A stretch of DNA of 64,000 nt from positions 155,806,001 through 155,870,000 of the forward strand of contig NC_086098.1 of assembly GCF_963921235.1 (NCBI RefSeq), given 5' to 3'. The notes beneath the pieces were generated by a model. The model was not told the DNA's origin. It worked only from the letters and a program-made list of their open reading frames with translations, and searched no databases. The position numbers and the translations under genes are program-made. The DNA comes from Mobula hypostoma. Lineage: Eukaryota. Below are positions 1 through 11,300 of this stretch, piece after piece (positions within the stretch are counted from its first letter, which is position 1; every line of letters starts with the position of its first letter).

Positions 1-885
1 TCACTCCGTCTTCCCGCCACCCTGACGGCGATAGTGTTCCACCTGGCTTGACCTATCCCCCATGAGACACCGCAACCATCGCATCTTTCTCCGCACCTTC
101 CGCCATGTTCAACGGGATACCACAAGCAACCACATCTTTATCCGCTGCCGGCACCCCGCTTTCATAGTGATCGCTCCCTCGCGAGTCCCTTGAACATTCC
201 TCCATCCCCACTCAGCGCCCACCTGGCACGTACCTTTGTAGCAATCCGAGAGAGATGAATGCTACACATGCCCATTCAGCACCTTCTTCGCCTCCATTCA
301 GGGCTCCAAACAGTCCTTCCAGGTGAGGCAACACATCATTTCTGAATCTGTTGGTGTCGCTATTGTATCTGGTAGTCCAGATGCGGCCTTCTCTAGATTT
401 GTCAGACAAATTTCTCGAGTTCCACTGCTCCATCCGCCAAAAGCAGAAATTCCCAGTAGCTAAGCATTTTAATTCTTATCCCCATTCCCATTCAAACATG
501 TTGGTCAGTGGCCTCCTCTTTTGTCACGACGAGGCCACTCTCAGTGTGGAGGTGCAGCAGCCCATAGTTTGACTCGGAAACCCCCAACTGCTTGCATGAG
601 CATCGATTCCCCCTCCAGTAATTTTCCCTCCCTCTTCCCCCCTCTTCCCCATTCAGGCCTCTCGCCTCTTCTCCTCACCAGCCTATCACTTCCCGTGGTA
701 CCCCTCCTTCTTCCTTTTCTCCTAAGGGATATTCTCCTCTCCTATCAGATTCCTTCTTCTCTCACCCTTTAACTTTCCCATCCCATGTCTTCATCTTTCC
801 CCTTCCCCCATCTTCTTATTCTGGCGATTTCCTTCTTTCATTCCCAGTTTTGAAGAAAGATCTCGATCCTAAATGTCGACCGTGT
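1..885 (+). mobile_element. Penelope-like element fragment (GIY-YIG endonuclease end plus pyrimidine-rich 3' region)
   Basis: Frameshifted translation gives IQGSKQSFQVRQH...YCIW...FPVAKHFNSYPHSHSNM, typical of the vertebrate Penelope/Poseidon C-terminus. A degenerate hammerhead-like end lies at ~845-882. Similar to copies at 29800-30075, 46000-46745 and 57290-57640. Confidence 0.8.
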
Positions 886-889
886 ATTC

Positions 890-1260
890 ATAAACACAAA
901 ATAATCTGCAGGCGCTGGGGTCAAAACAACACTCACAATACGCTGGAGGAACTCAGCAGGTCGGACAGCATCTGTGTAAAAGATCCTCCCTGATAGTTCC
1001 GCCTCCTTCTACTACCCATTGTGTTTTCCCCTATTCCTACTTCACCTTTCCTGCCTATCACCTCCCTTCTTCCCCTCCCCCACCCTTTTGTCTTTCCCCT
1101 TAATGGTTTTTCACCTGGAACTTACCAGTCTTCTCCTTCCTACCCTCCCCACCTTCATTATAGGGCCTCTGCCCCTTCCCTCTACAGTCCTGCCGGAAAC
1201 GTCGACCGATCTTTTCCACGGATGCTGCCCGACCTGCTGAGTTCCTCCAGCGTGTTGTGA
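890..1260. mobile_element. Two Penelope terminal fragments in inverted orientation
   Basis: 934-985 (cacaatacgctggaggaactcagcaggtcggacagcatctgtgtaaaagatc) is the near reverse complement of 1208-1259. Confidence 0.75.
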
Positions 1261-1499
1261 CCGTCTATTCATTTCCAGAGATGCTATCTGACCTGCTGGG
1301 ATCTAGCAATGATTTGTGTGTGTGGCTCAAAGTTTATCATTTCAGATGCACTGAAAGATTTTTATCTGATTACGTTTTAACGTCCGTTAATGACAATGAC
1401 AGCTCAAAGGTGTATTCCAATTCTACCAGCACATTTCTTTCGAAGGTATGAAGGAACCCCTCCTTCAGAAGGTCTGTCCTGGTTCCATCATATAAATAT

Positions 1500-2150
1500 A
1501 AGCGAAGAAACACGACAGCGCCTCTACTTCCTCAGGCGTCTGCAGAGATTCGGCATGTCATCGAAAACCTTGGCGAATTTCAATACATGTTTGGTGGAAA
1601 GTGTGCTGACTGCTTTACTGCCTTGTATGGGAAAAACAATACATTTGAGTGGAAAATCCTACAAAGGTTTGTGAATTCGGTGCAGTACCTCACGGGTAAA
1701 ATCCTCCCAACCATTGACCAGATCAAATTGAAACATTACCCCAGAGATTCATTATCAGAGATCTTCACTACCCAGGCCAAGCTCTTTTCACGCTGCTACT
1801 ATCAGGTAGAAGGTACAGGTGCCTCGAGACTCGCAACACCAGGTTTAAGAACAGCTACTACCCCTCAATCATCAGACTCTTGAACAATAGGGGATAACCA
1901 TACTCTTTTAAGGACTCTTTTATCGTGTTACTTCATGCTCATTATTTCTTGCAATTTATTTATTATCTCCATTTGCACAGTTTGTTTACAGTTTACAGTT
2001 CCTGATGTTTACAGTTTACAGATCCAGCTCAGAGTTACTGTTCTATAGATTTGCTAAAAATGGCCTACAGAAGAACAATCTCATGGTTGTGTGTAGTGAC
2101 ATGCATGTACTCTGATAATACATTTTAGTTTTAAGTTTGTAAGTTTTTGA
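1500..2150 (+). mobile_element. Rex1/Babar-type LINE, 3' RT fragment
   Basis: RQRLYFLRRLQRFGMSSKTLANFNTCLVESVLT motif in ORF 1390-1674, followed by a 3' UTR. Confidence 0.75.
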
Positions 2151-2467
2151 ACTTCGTAACTGTCTGAGTCCTGTCATTCCTTTACTCAAGTGATCCACCT
2201 AACACTATGACCTGAAGACATTTTAATTATCTCTGCATTGTTTCACGCCAATTCTAACCAAGGAATAGAAGAGCCAGAATTTGTCATGGTCTGGTCCGTG
2301 AAGTCTGAATTCCGGTTCACGGTCTGGTCCATCGATCCTTATTCCGGGTTTTCCAGTTTTCCCTTGTTCTGTTAGGGTCTCTCAAATGAGGCACCTGATT
2401 CACATTTTGGGCTGGCTCCTGGGTTCAGCTTCATTTGTTGGACTGTTCCTTTCCCTTCCCCTTCCTT

Positions 2468-2610
2468 CTGAAGCCTTGCCTGAAGCCTTGCCTGCAACCT
2501 TCGCCTGAAGCCTTGCCTGCAACCTTCGCCTGAAGCCTTGCCTGCAACCTCCACCTAAAGCCTTGCCTGCGACCTTCGCCTGAACCATCGCCTACAACCT
2601 CGCCTGCGTC
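2468..2610 (+). repeat. Minisatellite of 12-13 bp subunits (25-bp higher-order unit ctgaagccttgcctgcaaccttcgc) inside LTR family A
   Basis: Directly visible tandem array; it explains the repetitive ORFs at 2372-2670. Confidence 0.85.
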
Positions 2611-2950
2611 CTCGCCTGTAACGCCGTCAAGTTCAACTGCCGGAGCAAGACCGGGGTCTTGCTGTGTCATGATAGGGAACAGTCAGTCATTGTTTGGAAT
2701 TGACTCTTTGTGTCCTCGCCTTCGATAGGTAGGTCCGGCCGTTTGCCGCTACCCTGAGTGAAGAACTGTCTCTTCGTGTTCAGTGTACTGTGTATAGAAA
2801 GAGCCCCGGCCCTTGGTCCTGTTCCCAAGGAGGTGTCCCGGCTCTGTGTTCCATGTTCCTGTGTTCAAGTCCAAGGTTCCGTGTTTCCCGTGCTCACATC
2901 CAAGGCTCCGAGGTTCCTGCGTTCCAAATCCAAGGCTCCGAGGTTCCTGA

Positions 2951-3585
2951 TGTAGCGCTCAGCTATATTGGCTCGTATTTATCTAGGGGAAACCCGTCTG
3001 CTGCCCACCTTGTCTCCTGGTTATGTTGGTTGCTGTACAACTGCCACGTGATTCAGCTTCAAACATCAATCATCGGCCAGCAAACAATGTACGTTTTACC
3101 AATTACACTTTATAGATATTGCTAAGTCTATGAGATTAATAGTAGTTCAATGCAAAAAAAAAGCAATGGAAAAGGGGCCAGACTTATCAAAGTTCAATTT
3201 CCTCGTGCACACGTTGGAGCTCGGGGACCTCTTCGGGACCACTCTGACCCCTTCGACTCGCAGCTCGGGACCACCTGGAGTGATCAACTTGAGCTTTCCC
3301 GCACGTCCGTCGTCCTCGCGGTCTCTCCTCCAACTCCCCGCCAAAAGCCCCTGGTTCCCAGTCATATGAGACAGCATATCACCCCAAGAAAGAATAACAT
3401 GGACACCCATTGGCTCATAGTACATCTGCTATCTGTTATAACCCAAGCAAAGTGCTAGCTAGAGACTTTCTTAGCATTTAACATAACATTGAAGCCATTT
3501 TATTTCACATACGCATCAACATAGAAGATTAACATAACAAAGAAACCGTTTTAATTTTAATATAACAAAGAAGAAACCCCTTACA
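2951..3585. mobile_element. Nested solo LTR (family B, TGTA...TACA) with 4-bp TSD CTGA
   Basis: ctga|tgtagcg ... ccttaca|ctga, with family A LTR sequence continuing on both sides. Confidence 0.8.
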
Positions 3586-4109
3586 CTGAGTTCCAAGTCC
3601 AATGCTCAGAGATTCCTGTCTCCCAAGACCAAGTCAAGGCTTCGTGTTCTCGTCCTGTCCATGTGTCTCGTCCTGTCCACGTGTCTTGCCCAGCCCAGGA
3701 GTGCCCGCCGAGCCCTGTGCTGGAGTTCCTTCGTCCTGTCCAGGAGTCCCTCGTCCTGTCCGGTAGCTACGTCTTGTCCTAGCCTAAACCCGGATTCCGG
3801 TTCCAAGTCAAGACCCAGGTTCCTAGTCCTAACGAAAACCCAGGTTCTGGTCCTTGTCCAGGCTCTAGTTCCGGAGTCCCGTGTCCCTAGTCAAGGCTCC
3901 TTGTTCCTAGTTCCTTGTCCGGGTTCCGTGTTTCTTGTCCATGTCCTAGCCCAGGTCCTGCATCCTAGTCTCGCCCAGGGCCTGTGTCAATGACCAGCGT
4001 CCATTCTCCCCCACTTCCCTTGCATTCCTGACACACCGAGTCCTGTTCCTAGTACTTCAATGTCTGTGTCTTGCATTTGGGTCCGCCACCAATGCCCCCC
4101 TTATGACAG

Positions 4110-4919
4110 AAACTTTTACCTGAAACATTTGTAGACCAAACGTTGCGTTTCAAAATCTCAGAGATACATTTAATGTCAGAAACATGTATACAGTATTCAT
4201 CCTGAAATGCTTTTTCTTCGCAACCATCCATGAAAACCGAGGGCTTCCCCAAAGAATGAACGATAATTAACTGATAGCACCCCAAATTCCACCCCCCGGC
4301 TCCCCTCCTTCCCGCATGTAAGCGGCAGCAAGCATCGATCCACCCCCACCTCCACCGGCAAAAAAAAGCATCGGCACCCGACACCGAGCACTCAAGCGTG
4401 AGCAGAGCAACAGCAAAGACACAGACTTGCAGTACCCCAAAGACTACGCGTTCACCCGGCATACGACATACCGCAGGCTCTCGCTCTCTGGGAGAGAGAG
4501 ATGTCTCCGTTTTCACAGCAAGCGGGGAGACATAACAAACAACCCGCTGGATTACGGTATTGAAAGTCCGTAACGATCCGTTTTTTTCTGATCTCTGTGC
4601 CCATACATCTGGGCACACAGCCGTAGATATTTCCACTGCCAGACGACACACTGATCCCCTGCCGTGACACCGGCCTTCGATCCGCCCTTCTCCAGAGCCC
4701 CGACACGCTAGGCCTCCAAAGCCGAGCCGGACACTTAGGCCGAGCCTTTGGGGTGCCGAACAGCAACGCCCGGTTATGAAACTCCGAGAGCGGGTCGCAT
4801 TCCCGCAAAGAACAGCAGTCAGCGTGTAATGCCGGGTCAGAGACTTCAAAAGAACCCTGAAAGGGAAAAATAAAAATTCTAAAGATGGAGAGCTGTTTCC
4901 GAAGATGCAAGCAAAGCAG
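4110..4919 (-). mobile_element. Interspersed repeat (probable non-autonomous non-LTR element) split by the ERV; resumes at 14869
   Basis: Reads through as ...gcaagcaaag[c/g]ag|ERV|gccgccg. Architecture resembles the element at 16180-16800. No protein motif recognised. Confidence 0.45.
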
Positions 4920-5423
4920 TATTGGAAAACATTGTAACACTATAGTGAAACAACTGACTGTTTTCTAGGTATTTACTCAAGTGTGCTTTTACTACATATC
5001 AAGTGTTTATTCAGTATTCATTATGCTTTTATTGCACATCAAGTGTTTACTCCGGTATTTATTATGCCTTTACTACGCATTACGTGTTTGTTATTGAGTA
5101 CGTAGGGGATTTCTACGGTATATTACTATGTAACCATTGATTTATTAGCTGGAATGAAACCTGTGTACTATTAACCCCATGAGAAAGAAGAATGTAACCA
5201 AATAGAAAGATAAGGGTGGTTGATATATTAGCTAGAGTGAAACATACAGCAGTACACTAACGCAGTTAAGCCAGAAGGGGGCTATAAAGAACGCTGTGTA
5301 AAAAAGATCGGCGGGCATTCAGCGACTAGCTCACTGACTATCTCAGCTTTGATTTGCAAATTAAAGTTTAAAAACTTCTTGAAGAATCTTCTGCTTCTCC
5401 TGGTCATTTGTAAAATGGCGACA
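4920..5423 (+). repeat. ERV 5' LTR (504 bp)
   Basis: Matches 14365-14868 with about 35 differences counted by eye. TATAAA 5283-5288, ATTAAA 5360-5365, ends cgaca. 40-bp direct repeats in U3 at 4975-5080. Confidence 0.95.
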
Positions 5424-5427
5424 AAAC

Positions 5428-5445
5428 TGACGTAGTCGGTGGGAT
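5428..5445 (+). promoter_or_regulatory. Primer binding site, tRNA-Ser-like
   Basis: TGACGTAGTCGGTGGGAT vs TGGCGTAGTCGGCAGGAT, the complement of the vertebrate tRNA-Ser 3' end as I recall it; 15/18 match, 4 nt after the LTR. Confidence 0.75.
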
Positions 5446-5546
5446 CGGGAAGAGACCCGTGGAAGAAGGAAACGGCAGATTGAGGGCGCTTCCCGGTCCC
5501 CGGGGGATTTCCACAGAGCTAACAGAATTAAGGGTGCACCCAAACA

Positions 5547-5555
5547 AAGGTAAGC
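5547..5555 (+). promoter_or_regulatory. Candidate major splice donor for env mRNA
   Basis: AAG|GTAAGC in the leader between PBS and gag. Confidence 0.5.
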
Positions 5556-6100
5556 GCGTTTTAACGACAATTTGGACTAAGAATTCTATCGGTTTTTGGG
5601 GAGATCTCGGGGAATCAGAAGTGTGAAACCACTGCCGAAGAGTCTCTCCCATCCAAAGAATCTGGCAGAATTGAGGGTTAAAAGGAGGCTCGGAGGATTG
5701 AGCAAGAGCACTGCAGTGGGGGGTGAGTATGAATAAGGTAACGAGAAGTTAAGTAAGAGAAATTCCACGTAGTGTTGGTAAGTCCCTGTGGATACCGCTT
5801 CGTACGAGACGAAGGTCTGAACGGGCAGAAAAAGAAAGAAAAGAAGGGAAAACTCTCGTGAATACCGGCTTAAGAAAAGTAAGTGTCTGAATAGAGGAGG
5901 TACAAAAAGAAAGTTCTGCCGATACCGCCCGAGAAAGGGGTCTGCACGGGCAGAACAGAACAGAAGATAAGGATAGCTTAAGTAGGTAATTTAGACGCGG
6001 GTGAGAAGAAACCATAAGGCTAGATAGAGAACGAGGTTACAGAAAATAGCATTACCAAGGTGTGAGACGCCAAGAATACCTTAAAAAGGGGAAGAACAAC

Positions 6101-8311
6101 ATGACAGGGGAAGGAACGGCAGTAGAAATACTGAGCAAAATATTCCCGGTGTGTTAAGGTAAGATCGCGGAAATTTCAGAAAAATTGGAAAAAAGAACCA
6201 CAAATCTGCACACGAAATGGCCGAAAGAAGGAACATTTGATGTAAGTTTATGTGAGGAAATGGAGGCGCTGATTAAAAATCACAAACCAAGAGATAAATC
6301 CAAGAAAGGAGAGTAAAAAAGAAAACAGGAGACAGAAGTGTTAAAACTCTTTAGGATGGAGGGAGAAAGATTGAGAAAGAAAGGAAGAATATCAGTAGTA
6401 AGTAAAGAAGACACTGAGAAACAAGAAGAGCAGTCTTGTAAACCACAGGAGAAACAGAATAAGGAGCCGACTCTATACCCAGACCTGAGAAATGTAGAAA
6501 CCACTGCACCCCGCCCCCGCCCCCCCCCCCAATTACGAGAAGGAGACTCATAAACAATGCCCTGTATTATCAGGAAAACTAGAACTCAGGGGAGAGTTTA
6601 AAGTCTGGGATACCGAGGAGGAAAGAAGAAAATCTGAGGAGGAGAGGGAGGCACTGTGGAAGGAGATGCAGGAAGACAAGAAAAAAGTAGAACGAGAAAG
6701 TGAGATAATAACAGAATGTATTAAAGAGTTGTGGGAATGGAGACTGAGGAAAAATCCGGAGGAATTCCTGTTACAGGAACGCGACACAACAGGCTGGAAG
6801 AGAAGATGACTTATCAGAAGAGCAAGAGTCAAGTAATGAATATGAGGGAACAAGAGAGTGTAGACGGGGGATAGAAGAGGATAGCCTTGAAGAGGAAAAA
6901 GAGAGAGTGGAAAGGGAGCTAAGAGAAGCGGAGAAAGAGTGTAGGATATTACAGCGGGAATTGGGTTTCCCACTGGGTTTCCAACAAAAGTTTGAGGAAT
7001 TCACGAGGACCCGAGCAAATGCTAGCCCGAATCAGAAAGGGAGGACTCCAAGAAGATGTCAAGAGAAAATAGGAAAACAAGGGAGAGAGGAAACCCCGGA
7101 GAGATTTGTGTGGCAGCCAGTAAGAACAAGGTCAGAAGGAGATGAGGAGTCGGTTGAGGAGGAAAATCAGAATACGGGGAGAGAAGGAAAAAGTGATGCC
7201 GTTGTTAGTAAAAAGATCGGGACAAATACAGTATGCTCCTTGGGGCTCCCAGGACCTGGAAGGGCTGAGAAACACCGTGCCTAGCTTACATGAAGGAGCA
7301 GGGAGGTGGATTAGAGCATTTGAAGAAGAAACCACGGGACGGTTATTGGCTATGGGAGATTTGAAGGCACTGCTGATAAGGTTGATGGGAACCTCCAAAT
7401 TAAAAGAGCTGATGGAAACGGCTGGACTATTAAATGCGTTCATCGGGAACAGCTTTGACCAAGTGAGGCAGAAGATATGGAAGGCCCTCAGGAAGTTTTA
7501 CCCACCCAAAGTGGACCCCAAAGTCTGAAAGGGGATCCGCTGGGGGACATTGAGAATCCAGCAGCCTATGTAGAGAATCAGTTAAAAAGGTGGAGACTGG
7601 AGACTGAGCAAGAAGTGGAAGGCAACTCGTTTATGAGCATACTGTTCAGAACCATCGTTTTGGACACAATGCCTCCGCAAGTTAAATCTAAACTGGAGGA
7701 AGTGGTCGGACTGACGTCAATGAACTCACATGAATTTAGAGACCACGTACTCCATGCGGTTGAGAAATATCGGAAAGACAAACGGAAGCTGATTGAGCAG
7801 CAGGAAGAGGTGCAAAGAAAGCTAATGCAAATGCAGCTTAAGAACTCAAAAAGAAGGAAAAAGAGAAGGGAAAAAAGATGCTGCTAGTAGCACCCGATTT
7901 GAGTGCAACCGTTGAAATGAATGAAACACCACTGTATGGAGGAACCGGTCGCGCTGTCAGACAGGGGCCAGAAAACCCCATGCCAATAATAAACGTCTTT
8001 GGAGGAGCATTCCCACGAATGCCCTATCAGGAACAGAGTAAACTTAAACAGCAGCCCAGACAGGACTGGAAATCCCAAGCAGGGGGACAGAGAGGTTATG
8101 GACAAAGAGGGCCAGTGAGGAGACAAGGGGAGAGAGAGATAGAGAGACTGAGCTGGGGCTGTAACCAGCCAGGACACATGAGAAGAGACTGTCACTCAGG
8201 TCATTATCCGTTACTTACCAGCAGGGACCGATGAGAAGGGAACCGCAGATTAGACAAGGACCAGCCCCCACAGGCTCAGGTGGACCCGTGAACCCTTATG
8301 CAAGATGCTAG
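6101..8311 (+). pseudogene. gag: ERV gag (multiple stops and frameshifts)
   Basis: MTGEGTAVEILSKIFPVC* start; YPDL late-domain motif 6476-6487; capsid PWGSQDLEGL...WIRAFEEET; zinc knuckle (S)WGCNQPGHMRRDC 8151-8192 with the first Cys lost; ends GGPVNPYARC-TAG (8309-8311). Confidence 0.9.
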
Positions 8312-11300
8312 GGGTGCCCAGAGAACCCAGGTGGGAAGGGACATTACCCAGTGATAACAAGGGAGGCGGAAGAGGAACCCATTGTTCAGGTTATGTTAGA
8401 AGGCCAATGACACCCATGATGATAGAGACTGGAACCACGTATACCTGTGTACAGCCGCAGTATGCCCTTCGCCTTCCCAGTCAGGAAAATTTATTAACAC
8501 TGTAGGGTTCTCGGGGAAAACACAGTTAACAACAATGCACAGCTCCAGTACGGTTGGGGATGGGCAGTAAAAGAATAGTTCTGCCAGTACTAGTGTCCAA
8601 AGGAACCCCGATTAATATGCTAGGCAGAGATGCCCTATTAAAACTAGAATTAAAATTAGAATGCACTAGAAATGGGTTGAGTGTGGAAAGAGCGAATACT
8701 CAGTTAGTAGTGCGGGAAATCAAGAAAGCTAATGTTTCCTGGATAGGAGACATAGAAGATCAGATCTGGGAAACCTGGGAAAAATGGAAAACGAGCGTGC
8801 AGGCTATATTTCCCAAGGCGGTAGCGCCCAAGTCTGAGTTACATTGCACAGTAATTTTTGACGAGACTCAGAGTGAGAAGTTAGAGGAGAGATGGCACGA
8901 GGGGACATGTACCCGGTAGCACCTAAGAGGAGAGGCTATAATAATTGGAAAGCAAGGGGCAGCCCTACAAGTCAGGTGAAACACCTTCTTGGAGAAATGG
9001 TATAGAATACCGGAGGCTGTGCCCCACATAACGTTGCTGGTGAATGAAGGATACCAGTCTAAAGACCTAGAACCCTTAGTAAAACGTGCTGGAACCGTAA
9101 CGGTTTGGAGGAAAATCATGCCGGAGGTATGGGCATCGGGAGACAACAACTACATTAAAATAATGGTAGATATTGATATGACAGGAACTATAAAGGAGGT
9201 CGAAGTAATTCCTCAGCTGCACATGTCACTATTGGAAAAGGGGAAAGATCAGGAAAAAGATAACAGGCTGAATAGGTTACCATCTATTCTGTGGTCGCAA
9301 TATGACACGGACGTAGGGAGAAGAAAAACAGCCAGTCCGGTAGAAATAAAACTGGAAAAGGAAGCAGTTCCACCTTGGAGACCACAATACCCTCTAAGAC
9401 CAGAAGCAGAGGAGGGAATAGCACCCACGATACAGGGGTTATTCGAAGCAAGCGTACTTAAGAGGGTAGATAGTCCATGTAATACCCCGCTGCTGCCCGT
9501 CTTCAAAGCGGACAAATCCAAATGGAGACTGGTACATGACTTACGAGCGGTAAATGAGGTAGTGGAGGAATGGCTAGCGGTAGTCCCCAACCCGCACACG
9601 CTTTTGACTAACGTTCCGCCGGAATCAAGTTATTTTTCAGTGATTGATTTGTGCTCAGCTTTCTTCAGCATTCTTCTGGCCGATCAGTGTCAGTATCTAC
9701 TTGCATTTACATGCAGAGGAAACCAGTATACCTATACAAGAATGCCGCAAGGATTTAAGCACCCACCGCGCATTTTTAATCGAGTATTAAAGGCAGACCT
9801 ACAGGGAGTACCGTTGGAAAGTACATTGATACTTTATGTGGATGATTTGTTAATCTGCTCCGAAAGTGAGGAGCAGCGTGAACAGGACACCATAACCCTT
9901 TGAGAAAGACTGGCGTAAGGAGGACATAAGGTATCCAAAAAGAAGTTGCAATTCTGTAAGCAACAGGTAGAATACCTAGGTAGGGTAATCTCCAAGGGAA
10001 TGAAGGTGATAGCGCCGGATCAAATTGAGGCAATAACTAAAGCTCCTAAACCCCAGACAGTAAAGCAGATGATGAAGGTTTTAGGATTACCAGGATACAG
10101 TTCAGACTGGATTGGGGGATATACTGAAATCGCAATGCCATTAAGGGAACTAGTGAAGGAAGCAGGACATACAAGTTTGAAGAATGGCCTACAGTGGAAT
10201 GAGGAGGCGGAAATAGCGTTTAATACTATTAAACAGGAATTGCAGTCAGCCCCAGCGGTAGCTTTGCCCGACTATGGGAGGGACTACCATCTGTATGTAT
10301 CCAACCAGCAGGAGGGCACTGTCGCAGTGGTTCTGACACAAGAGACGGACACAGGAAAAGCAAAACAGACAATAGCACACTATAGTGCGAAATGGATGAA
10401 GTGACTCAGGGGTACCTACCCTGCTATCAGAGACTGGCAGCATTGTACTATGCCTATGAAAAGGCATCATCCATGACCATGGGCTACCCTGTGATCCTGT
10501 ACACACACCACAAGGTAGCCGAATTACTGGAAAGAGGTAAATTCGTGTTGACACCAGCCAAAATAGCAGCATATCAGATGTCATTGACATTTCCAGATAT
10601 AACTATACAGAGATGTACCACCAGTAACATAGCTGATTATGTCCCCTTGGGTCATGAAGGAGAACCCCATGACTGTGTAAGGGAGGCAATGGTATTTGCC
10701 AAATTAAGAGCGGATTTACGATCCGAACCACTAGAAGATGAAGATAACAAGATTTTCTTTGTAAATGGCTCCTGTTATAGGGATTATGAAGGAAATCATG
10801 CAGCTTTCTCAGTAGTGCAGCAGGATCAGACAAGGTTTAAGACTATTAGAATGGAAGCTTGCCCCCAACCGTGTTCAGCCCAGTTTGCGGAAGTCAAAGC
10901 CCTGACAACAGCGTGCGAAATGATGGAAGGTGAGAAAGTAGACATTCATACTGATTCGGCATATGCACATGGAGTGTGTCATTTGCCTGGGGCAGTGTGG
11001 AAACAGAGAGGCTTTAAGAAGGGTAATGAAGATCCCATACAGCACTGTCAGCAAAATTTAGATTTAATAACAGCGATGATGAAACCCAAAGCGCTTACTA
11101 TAGTGAAGTGTCAGGCACATAAAAAAGGAAACGATGTAATAACCAAGGGAAATCAAGCTGCAGACGAAGCAGGCCGGAAAGCATCTGGATGTACGTTGGC
11201 CATCATTGCGCCCCAGGTAAGCTTGGACCCGGAACCTATGGTAGAGGACCGGATTGAAATACAAGGTAAGGCAACTTTGGCAGAGCAGACAATGTGGAGA

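Larger units (their letters stand above)
2282..4108 (+). mobile_element. Solo LTR (family A, TGTCA...TGACA), interrupted by a nested LTR
   Basis: Begins tgtcatggtc and ends gtgtcttgcatttgggtcc...tatgaca. Same termini and 3' motif as 50488-51925. TSD not clean. Confidence 0.7.

Noticed and set aside
4049-4940. 266-aa and 162-aa minus-strand ORFs
   Set aside because: They cross boundaries between an LTR, an interspersed repeat and the ERV LTR, and contain no recognisable domain.
5351-5362. Octamer-like ATTTGCAAAT in the LTR R region
   Set aside because: Only 7/8 match, downstream of the TATA box and overlapping the polyA signal; no support for a B-cell element.
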